DNA of 46,672 nucleotides from Chara braunii (lineage: Eukaryota; Plantae; Charophyceae): NCBI GenBank assembly GCA_003427395.1, contig BFEA01000023.1, positions 2,716,000 to 2,762,671 on the forward strand, given 5' to 3'. Of this stretch, positions 36,398 through 46,672 are shown piece by piece (the first letter of the stretch is position 1; each line of letters starts with the position of its first letter). A program made the position numbers and the translations under genes. A model generated the notes under the pieces. The model was not told the DNA's origin, did not search any database, and was given only the letters and a program-made list of their open reading frames with translations.

Positions 36398-36827
36398 TAA
36401 AGGAATAAAAAAAAATAAAATTGATGTGAAATGAAGCTATTTATATTTTTTGAAGTGGTAATGTGAGTGTGCCCTCAGTGAGGATGTCTCATCCCCGTGA
36501 CCCGGTTGTCAAATTAAGGAAATACTCAGAGTGAAAGTTAAAGGAAACACGAATTTGGTTGTAATATTGGTTAGATAGCTTTCTCTAAGTGGAAGTGTGA
36601 TCACCATTACAATCCTCTAAGGAAAAACAGTTCCAACAAATCACGGACTATGCAATGCATCGCTAGCAGGAAACTAATAAGAATAACAAAAGAAAAAAAA
36701 AGAAAAAAAAACAATAACATTCATACACTTACCGTTTTATTGTAAAATGTATTATGTGGAGGACTATTGTTATCACGATCTCGTAGACTTACAACGCTTT
36801 TGGAGTATATATATATTTATATATATA

Positions 36828-37448
36828 CAGGGTTACCAGCCCCTACGTACGGAGGTCCTTGGGCAGATCTCCGTACGACCTCCGTACGTACGGGCGTTCG
36901 GGGTCCCGTACGGGGTCCGAACCCGACGGCGTTCGGCCCCCCGCCAAAAATGATTTCGGAGCCTAAACATATATATTTTTTTCTGATTTGTTTTTTTGTG
37001 AGTTCTCTATAACGTGAGGTACACGCCTATATATTTCAAGTAATTTGGCTCAGCCAAATAAGAATTAAAAATCACCAAAGATGGCGGTGTCAAAACGTGC
37101 TTGCCCACATTTTTTTTCACTTTTTACTTTTTGTTTTCACTTTAGTTTGGGCTGTAAACAATTTTATTATTTGTGAAACTTTTTTTGTGTGTTTTGCATT
37201 ATGTGAAGTACACATATCTAAATTTTCAGGGCATTTAGCTATTCCAAAAAAAATGAAAAATCGCCAAAGAAGGCAGTGTCGAAAACGTGCTCGCGAACTC
37301 ACTAATTTTTTATTTTTTATTTTTTTATTTTTTTTTTATTAGTATTTTGTTTTCGTAATTTATTTGTATTTTAAATTTGGCAAGGAATTTGGATGTAATG
37401 CTTGGGCAAATCTTGTTAACTTTATTTTTCTTCATAACATTTGTTTTT

Positions 37449-37481
<33 letters not shown>

Positions 37482-37585
37482 CGGTCCGCGTTCGGCCTGA
37501 ACGGTCGAACGCATCCCCAAGGGGTCCCATACGTTCGGGCATTCGGGTTCGGGCGTTCGGCCCGTCCCGAACGCCAGTTACCCTG
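36828..37585 (-). mobile_element. Second copy of the hAT-type MITE (758 bp), inverted relative to 29228-30002
   Basis: CAGGGTTACC...GTTACCCTG termini; 8-bp TSD TATATATA (36820-36827 / 37586-37593); CGTTCGG motifs. Confidence 0.9.
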
Positions 37586-37624
37586 TATATATAACAATAT
37601 ATATAAAAAGTTCATCAAAAAAAT

Positions 37625-37935
37625 GTGAAAAGATATGTTATGGAGAAAAAAAAATTAAACAAGATTTGCCTGAGCATTACATCCGAATTCCTTACCAAAT
37701 TTGAAATAAATATAAAATACAAAAAACAAATACTAATAATAAAAATAAATAAAAATAAAAAGAGAATTAAATTTAGTGAGTGCGAGAGAATGCTTTCGAC
37801 ACCGCCATCTTTGGCGATTTTTTTATCTTTTTTGTGCATAGCTAAATGCCCTGAAAATTTACAAATGGGTAATCACATAATACAAAACCCACTATAAAAG
37901 TTTCAAAAAATAATAAAATTGTTTAGACCCCGAAC
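37625..37935 (+). mobile_element. TIR-less internal fragment of the same MITE family
   Basis: atatgttatggagaaaa...ttaccaaatttga...ttcgacaccgccatcttt...taataaaattgtttag matches ~29385-29685. Confidence 0.8.
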
Positions 37936-39383
37936 GAAAGAATGCTAATCAAATAACAACCATTAGTTAAAAAAAAGTAAACGGATCAGCGACACAGAGA
38001 TCTGAGTTGAAGTTTTATGTTTTTTTTTTCCAAGGTAAAACTGCATCAAAATAAACACTTAGATAAACCATCCACAATGAAACTTAAGTAACTTGTCATA
38101 TAATAATCATCCGTAAAGAAAAATATGTAAGAAGACCATCGACACTTAAATATTTATGACTCTACGTTAATGATCAATAAATACTCAACTTGACTACCCG
38201 CAGTAAAACATGTAAAACTTTAGGAAAAAAAATAAAATAAAACATGCGACTAGACCACCGACATTATGATATGTATAACCCTTTCAAAAACCAATTAAAC
38301 ATAAAACATGATAATCTGCACAGATTATTGTTTTGTCTTCCATAAAATAGTCATCTAACAGACAAGTGGACCATGTGCGCTAGGACATGTCCAATCTGTT
38401 AGAGATCAATCCAATAAAAACAAAATTGAATAACCCATACTAGGACATATCCAACCAGTCATAAAATATTAAAGCAACATTGATTGAACCACATGTTTAA
38501 CTTTTCAATAAAAAAATAAAAAATATATATAACTTGACCACTTGCACCAGGATATGTTAACCTTTGAGAAAGTTATCCAAATAGATACACAGTCGGACCA
38601 CCAGCATTAGGATATGTCAAATTTTCATAAACGGATTGTTGGACTGTACTATCACATAGTACAGTTTGTTCGAGCATTTTTTTTTACAAGCATACCAATT
38701 TAATCTAAATTAGTATGAGTCTCGATTCAGAATACAATTGAGATATTTATTTAAGTTAATCATCATAAGTAAACGGTAGAGAGTCGTATAGGTATAAGTA
38801 TATAGAAGATAGCGAGAAAAAAAATATATGTGTAAGCATTCCTTGCCTGTAACACTCATTTTGGGTTCCAGCAAAACTCTCACAATCACGTGGTCTGTTG
38901 AGGGCCTATGGAATAAAAAATATATAGTATGATCAGGATGAAATCCTAATAATTATCCTCCTCTCAAGAAGCCTCATATGATGTAACAAAGAGTGAGAAA
39001 TACAAAACAAATGCACAAACTCTCAAAACCCTTAGACAAAACAAGGGGTCACTCAAATGTTCACAAGAGGACCTCAAAGGTCAATTAAAGTAGCATACCC
39101 AAACGTCGAAGTATAATCGCTTTAAGTAACAACATAAAAGACCTGCAAAACTAGCAATGACGATATTTTTTTTATAGAATAACGATAATAATTTGACACA
39201 ACTATAGAGGCACAAAAGTTACAACAAACTCTACAAAGCAACAATAGCTTAGCGAAGACAATGACAATTAAAGGTACATATAAGTGGCATTGGTGGACAA
39301 CAATAATAGGTAGTAACCTCAACATGAGCACAACAACATAAATACTTTCTGTAGTAGACATAAGCACAACAACAAACTCATCT

Positions 39384-39879
39384 TCGGTGTTACACACTCG
39401 CAAAACCTTGGCTATGGTACCATCGGCTTCACTAACCTTTACCCAACCACCTCTTGTCGTACTTCAGCTTGATCGACGATGGTTGACCAATAACTTTCTT
39501 TTTTGTCTTCTCCTAAATACAACAGACCTGTTTTTTTTTCTTCGAATAATGTACGCATATGTACTTCTCTTTTCTCATCACTTTATCTCACTTGCTTAGT
39601 GATCACTTACACATCCACCACAACTATCTTCTTCATCACCTCCACACACCTTGCCGATCATTCAAAATTTTGGCAACACCTTCCCTCTTCAGTCGAACAT
39701 GCAGCCCACTATGGATTTGGGCAGCATTTCCCCTCACCACTCCAACATGCAGCCCACCATGGAGTTGGGCAGCGTTTCCCTTTTTCACTCCAACATGCAG
39801 CTCACCATAAAGTTGGGCAACACCTCTGCTCCTTACTCTAACAACACCTCCCTCTATTCCACCGACACCTCCTCTCTAC
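39384..39879 (+). repeat. ~500-bp dispersed repeat, copy 1, containing three 48-bp units
   Basis: cacactcgcaaaaccttggctat...cttagtgatcacttacacatccacca...(cactccaacatgcagcccaccatggagttgggcagc)x3; second copy at 45893-46395. Confidence 0.85.
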
Positions 39880-41849
39880 GAAGCTTCCAGACCCCCATAT
39901 TTATGCTAACTCTCCAACAATCTTTCCCCCTCACTTCTCCAACAACCTTTCCCCTTTGCAGATGCAGCATTTGTTGTTTAGCAAATGAGCAACATCATTG
40001 CCTCACGACTTTGAGGCAGTTGAGGGCAATGATGACTTTTGTAGTTGTGAGAGTTGGTGGTAGCAACCTGGACCCTCAACTAAAAATCCGAGCTCAGGAT
40101 GAGCCCTTGATCTGCAAGTGAGAACAAGGATATCTACCAGCCCTACGCAGCCCAGAGCCAGGTCTATCCATTGGAAAAAGGACCTAACTCTTTTTCTGAG
40201 GTAAGTAGACCAAGGGGAGACTATACCCAGGTAACCCAGTCTCTCCCTTATTATTCTGCTATTGCTAAGGCCTATTCCGAGCAATGCACCTTCACCTAAA
40301 TCTGACCACATTCATAGCCAGCTCCATAGTTGGTCTGCTGCACAAAGTGCAGCAAACCACATGGGAACCTGACCCAGACAGTGGTCAGGTGCACACCCAC
40401 ACGAAGGCAAAAATCTAAATTTTTTTTTTTATTATTAGACCCTACCTATGGCAAGGCAACTTGTGGCTTTCAAACCACGAGCCTTAGGTTCAAACCCCAA
40501 GGCTAGCAGGCGTCTCCCTTTGTTGTTGTGCTACAACAACCTCGTTTTCCTACACTCTTAAGAAAAATGAGAGAACAAAAAAATAAAAAAAATCAACCTT
40601 TTTTTTTCTCCAGTTTCCCTTACGAACAAGGCAGGATGTAATTCGTGGAGTCATGGGTAGCCCACGACCTATTGAAATATAAATCAGAATTTGAACACAA
40701 CTGCAATTAGGTGCGATCTTCCCCATGCGCCACGCCACGACCTCGTACCCTTTTAATAATGAAAAAAAAAACGAGAAAATGAGAATAAAAAATAAAAAAA
40801 AAGAAATAATAATAAAAAAAATAAAACCCTTACGTGGTTCCAAGCCCTGCTAACGAGGTATGTGCAGCTCATGGGTAGCATCATGCAAATCATCGCGAAG
40901 GATTTCCGTCGTGCGATCTCCACGACCGTGCGGCCAAAATCGGTTGCGCCCCAGTGCTTTTACCCCAGCCATGGGCTTCTCCAAAACAAGCTAGCCTAGA
41001 GGGGCGAGTGCGGTTCGATCGAGGTCTCTGTCGGCTGAGAATCAATCCCGATCCCTACTGGGCTAACTCCTATCACATAAGTAATAAAAACAAATATTCT
41101 ATAAGAAGATCCTCAACCCAACTGCCCTCTGATCGTGGCATAGTGGTTTCATCCTCGCACACGGCTAGCCACCCGACTTCAGCTCGGATGGGTGCCCAAG
41201 TTGGTAGACAAGAGCATTGGGTTCCAAACCCTTGACACGATACTCAAACCACATAGGCATGTGAAGTCTACTAGGGAGAATGAAAAACTAATTTAGGCGG
41301 CCTATACCTCCTGTGTCGTGGTCACAGACTCAATGCGACCATTCTTTTTAGTCATTCATGCTTTGAATCGCAGGTATGTCATTAAGTTCAGTAAACTTTG
41401 TTTAACTGTGGTAACCCAATTACCGCCTGTCCCAGCGGTCTCGCATGAAGCGAAACACATTCGGTCACATTGTCGGTCACCACTCATCCCTTCTGGACGT
41501 CGGCAAGCGTGCCGACTCACCCAATAACTTTTTGTTAGGCCTTTCCATTATAGGTAAAGTTTGAGTAACTTTTGACAGATAATCCGATTTCATCAAGTTG
41601 CGAAGCCTGGGAAACGTTTGTCGAAGTCAGACATTGTTCGACACTTAAAAATACCGGGCACATACCCTTGTCAGGATTTTCGTCCCGACAGCGTTTCCAG
41701 GCCTCATTTAACGAGGCCCCCTTCGTTCACCGTCAAAATAAAGAGTCGGGATTGTTATGAAATTTTCATGTGAGAACAATGATCATAATACACAACAATT
41801 CAAACAATCGTCTGAAACCAAGTTGAACGTTTTTTATCAATAAAACTTG

Positions 41850-42080
41850 ATTCAGGCTTCAGAAACCCAAATATAATAACATTGACAAAACTGGATTATG
41901 CCTCTAGAAGCCTAAACAAAAACAACACTAGATAATGCCTCGAGAAGCCTAAACAAAACCACAACAAAACTGGATTCTGCTATGAGAAACCTAAACGTAA
42001 ACATGAAAAAAATTGGATTATGCTTCAGAAGCCTAAACAAAAACACAACAAAACCGGATTCTGACTCCAAAAGCCTAAGA
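41850..42080. repeat. ~40-bp degenerate minisatellite
   Basis: aaactggattatgc.tc.agaagcctaaacaaaa.ca recurs about 5 times. Confidence 0.8.
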
Positions 42081-43568
42081 CTTAACAACCACTCACTCAT
42101 CCATTGAAATAATACCAGATTCCGCCCCTGACAAACATAAAATCCAAACTTGGACCCAGATGACGACCATGGAAGTCAAAAATAGAGAGGATTTTTTTCA
42201 GAATGGTCCTAGCATCATCCCGTTAGCGGCCAACAATTTTAACTCTCTCAATGGTTACAAGATTACACGATTGGTAAACCTAAAAACCAACAACCCTTAT
42301 GTTGATATCACAATAGTTCAACCTTTGGAAAGTTGTTCAGACATGGTCTGAACAACCCATTCAGAGAGCAGCCATTCATTCAAAGTTATCGCCCAAGTTT
42401 TTAGTCTATTCCAACTTCCGAGATAAATAACGACTCACATAGTTATCATGTTTGATGCTTTTGAACTGTTTGTATCTTGCTTTCGAGGAGTGGTGTGATC
42501 TTTTTCGTTGGGTAGCATCTCGACATCAAACCCCGGTTTAGATTCGAGCCTCACCACATTCCCTCCGATTCCAGCGTCATGACCTCATCAATCCCCTTCC
42601 AATCTAGCTAGACATCTTCACCCCACACAACCTAGGTGGGTTAGGCCTCGGCTATAGAGGTCAAGTGACCCTACTCGAGAAGAGGTTAGGTAACAACTCC
42701 TTCTCTCGTAGCAAACAATAATCGTCTCCTCTTAAGCAGTGTCTTAATAAGGTCACAACACCTTCCTTTTTTTAATGATAGTGAAACCTCCCTTCCTTAA
42801 ATGACATAAGATTCGGAAGATAGCATATCGTTATGAACCAGAAGCACAATGCCGGTGTGAGCCTCACTACCACCTACAGAGTTCACAATTGCATCATAAA
42901 AATATTGTGACATGATAATGAATAAATAACTATTATATCAAAATCAACAATGATATAACTCAAAATAATTTACAACAAATACTCTCACATGAAATTTCAT
43001 AATGATCCGATTCCATCATTCCTTAATCTCGTAAAGATTCATCCCTATCACACAAAAAGATGAATGTGGTCTTAGCAAAATAACAAAATAAATAACCAAG
43101 TATAACATTTATAAATTATTAATGATACGAGTTCACTTAGGTGGACAAAACTATTTATGTTTTGAAATAAAACCTAGCCAACCCATAATTAACGCCATGT
43201 CAGAACTCCCTCGATGTCCACTTCATTGTATAAAACAAAATTCAAATTAGTACTAATGTAAATCCAATTAGTATACAAAAATATATCTTGTGAAAATAAA
43301 ATTCTTCATATTGTGTTTTATCCCCAAAGTGAGAGAACCAGAGTTTTATGTTATAGACATGGATACCGAAGTATTCATAATATGATAAAATCAATGCTTT
43401 TTTGATAATGCCTAAAAGTACCCCGGAGTCAAGTAATAATGACAATCGACTGAAGAACGGAAGCGGAATCTAGGATTTACTCTAATTCTGCAATCCCCCC
43501 CACATGCAATAAAAAAAAAAAAAATCTCTAATAAATTTGTATCCTTTCCTAATAGGGAAGACGAACAC

Positions 43569-43980
43569 ATGATTCCAATCTTTACAGATTCAATTTTCTC
43601 GCCTGCTTATAATTCTCCCTCCAATATCATAGTCAAGGCGTCTGGAAAATCTTATTCTATGACCCCACATGTCACAATATGTACATTTCTAAAGCTTGCG
43701 AGATCCAAAAGTCTTATTTGCCTTAACTCCTTAATTCGAACATTCACCTTGGTTCAAATTCTCATCCGGAGCATTGCAAATGTTTTCATGAGATTCGTGC
43801 TAACCTATAGTTTGTTTCCCTTTCTGACAAGTCCCTTGACCCCCTCGGACCAAATTACGCGCAACCCTTTCGACTTCAGTAAGTTTGCGAGGTCGAGCCA
43901 ACTGATTGGATTCATTATCGAACTTCTTTTTATCCTTATGCACCCTATCCTCAGGGGATTCCTGAAACTTGGATGACATC
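43569..43980 (-). pseudogene. Unidentified degenerate coding fragment (probably TE-derived)
   Basis: One minus frame reads HPSFRNPLRIGCIRIKRSSIMNPISWLDLANLLKSKGLRVIWSEGVKGLVRKGNKL*VSTNLMKTFAMLRMRI*TKVNVRIKELRQIRLLDLASF... It looks protein-like with scattered stops; no family recognised. Confidence 0.3.
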
Positions 43981-45892
43981 AGTCTCTCGAATTCATCCCA
44001 AGTCTCAAACGCTTGCTAAAGAAGTCCGATATCAAGTTTCAACCTTTCGGCGGTGAAATTCAAGATGATTTTTTTTTTAATGATATTCTTCCCAATACAT
44101 TAGCAACATTGCCAAACGTTGAAATGCCTGCAATAATTCGTTGACCTCGCTGCCTTCGAAGAGATGACTCATATAAACAAATGTTCCTTTTCTTATTATG
44201 GTGTCTTGCAAAAGGCAAAATACTTCGTTAATAATTGAAACCAGTTGGGGAAATAACTACGTGAGTTAATTTAAAAAATATGTAACCTGATGATTTCAAT
44301 ACTAGTGAGGTCAATTTTAGCTAGCTAATTAAAAAAAATCGTTAATACCACTCGCTTCGTAAACGAAACGATGATTGGTTAAATTATTTTATAGTTAATT
44401 TTGAGTTACAAATAACATTCAATCCAATTCTTAGTAACATTTAACAATATTATCTGAGTGCCTTTCCGCCAAAGACAATAGTAAGTAGCATTAATTCCCG
44501 ATAACGGCGCCACCTGTCGAGTGCATCAGCTCCCGCCTTTTCTCGCAAAAGGCGAGAACCCTCGAGACCATGTCACGCCAGAGTTAAAAAAAAACTTAAA
44601 AACAACTTGAGGACGACGCATAGATAATCCCGCGAGCTGTCGAGACAGCCGTGGTTGCATCACCCCTTCGCCGCTTTAGACGGGTGTGCCAACCATACCT
44701 CTCGTTGTCCCCTACGACAGGATAGGTTATTACAAGGTACAACTTGCCTTGCCTAAGAGGTTGTCACCACTCTTAGGGGCGTATCCCTATCGAGCTACTG
44801 ACTCACAACGCTACCAACCCTCTAGGAAGTGGTCCGTGGATACTCCTTTCCCTCGCCCGATCAGGAAACTCGGATTTCAAAGGTTGGGTCGTCACCACCG
44901 AGTCGGCATAGTACCACCCCTGATAAATCGGTTCCACTCCAAGTCGATAACAAGGTCGACTCCTAAAGTATACGAACACCCTCCTTGGATGCTTCCTCGA
45001 GAGAGAGGACGATCAAACCTAAAGCGAAACCATCCATCTCGTCCTCTTACTTAACTTGGGACTTTGGACGAAAAAGGAAGAAGAACTGACGAGGGATTAG
45101 AAAGAAGATGGACATTTAGGATAAAACGGGTTACCTTGGGAAAAGAGGCTACGTTCGTTGATGTTGTTCATCTTCTTTTTGTTTTTTCACTTTTTTTCTT
45201 TTCTTTTCTTTTCGGTCGCTCTAATTCCCTCTTAATTCAAAACATCCCGTGCCGCATGAAGTTTCAGGGAGAGAAAATAAACTCATCCAAACCATTCACT
45301 TTTCTTTTCCCTCCAAGCATGCATCATTTCTTTCACACAACTGCACACATCATAGCCATCATAATTCCAAAGAAAAAAAAAGAGAAAGAAAACCGTTCTC
45401 ACATGCAGCCAGATTTTCCATTCATATCCACAACCGTGGTCCCACACCACCTTCACTACCGTTTCTTTCCTTTCAATCTTCCAAGCAAAAAGTAAAGGGT
45501 CATACAACGTGTGGGAACAAACGGGGTGAAGGAAAAGAAGAAACGTAAGTCACCCATTGACCTTGAGTAAGTGAAGTTAAAATGACACCACCTCCTTGGC
45601 GACGATAAACAACAATATCGTTTTCCTCCTTCGTCTATGACTGTTAAGCTCACCAACTATGGTTGTCAAACTCACCAGCTATGGCCACCAAGCCCGCACC
45701 CCGAACTTGCGTTGCAATTCTCATTGCAACGGCAAACTTTCGCTACCTTGCCGCACAACAATTTGCAGCTGCCTCTTTGTGGCTATGACTGTCGACGTTC
45801 GACTCTGGCAACGGAGCATCCGACTATGACCGTCCTTCACCTCCTTCCATCACCACTTCCACTTTCACTTACTTCTTCCTCCTTCCACTTCA

Positions 45893-46395
45893 TCGGTGTC
45901 GCACACTCGCAAAACCTTGGCTATAGCTCCCACCGACTTCACCAACCTTTACCGAACCACCTCTTGCCATACTTCAACTTGGTCGACGATGGTTGACCGA
46001 TAACCCCCCTTTTCCTCTTCTCTAAAATACAACACACCTGTTTGTTTGTTTTTTTCTCCAAATAGTGCACACATGTGTATTTCTCTCTTTTCCTCACTTT
46101 CTCTCACTTGCTTAGTGATCACTTACACATCCACCATAACTACCTTCTTCACCACCTCCACACACCTTGTTGACCATTCAAAATATCGGCAGCACCTTCC
46201 CTCTTCACTTCAACATGCAGCCCACTATGGAGTTGGGCAGCATCTCCTTTCTCCACTCCAACATGCAGCCCACCATGGAGTTGGGCAACATTTCCCCTCT
46301 TCACTCCAATATGCAGCCCACCATGAAGTTGGGCAGCATCTCCCCTCTTCACTCTAACAACACCTCCCTGTATTCCAGCAGCACCTCCTCTCCAC
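45893..46395 (+). repeat. ~500-bp dispersed repeat, copy 2
   Basis: Collinear with 39384-39879, including the three 48-bp units. Confidence 0.85.
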
Positions 46396-46672
46396 TAACA
46401 ACAGAAAAATTGTCGCCGAAATTCAACAAAAATTCTTTTTGATGTCTAACTTATTCACGCCAGAAGGGCTGTGACCAACTGTTGAAACTGGGTCTTCTGC
46501 TCTGTTCAACTACTCATCAACATTATCAACTTATTCCCAACGAGTCCAACATGGTTTCCAACAGGTTTGTCAACGATTCCAACATGGTTTCGTACAGGCC
46601 TCCAACATGAACCAACACGTATCCAACATGGTTCTTGACCCACATTTCGGTACATGATAGGTGAGAGAGTGC

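Noticed and set aside
39384-46395. 500-bp direct repeats as LTRs of one retrotransposon
   Set aside because: No TG...CA termini, PBS, PPT, TSD or gag/pol remnants recognised.

Overview
Eukaryotic, repeat-rich plant-lineage DNA. The very long intron, TE load and LINE type suggest a streptophyte alga such as Chara; this is inference, not shown by the sequence. The only clear host gene is exon 1 of a COP1 orthologue (minus strand, 7271-6726, RING finger, GT donor). Its first intron runs off the left edge and I found no exon 2. An 11-codon uORF ends in a TGATG overlap with the first in-frame ATG. About 2.2 kb upstream are two full-length, decayed, co-oriented L1/Tx1-clade LINEs (9500-17161 and 17415-26569, each with a TSD and poly(A)), with a TSD-flanked solo poly(A) between them. 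The two LINEs are divergent but share a GAAAAA 5' terminus, an exact 17-nt ORF1/ORF2 overlap, an LADD RT motif, a possible Nudix-like ORF1 C-terminal domain and an ~84-nt structured 3'-UTR motif. The right half holds hAT-type MITEs with 8-bp TSDs, foldback elements, minisatellites and a complete type III hammerhead ribozyme (34253-34311, minus); a truncated sister copy of the ribozyme lies in the COP1 intron. A Nextera mate-pair junction adapter (33728-33765) and an N at 31717 mark assembly artefacts.
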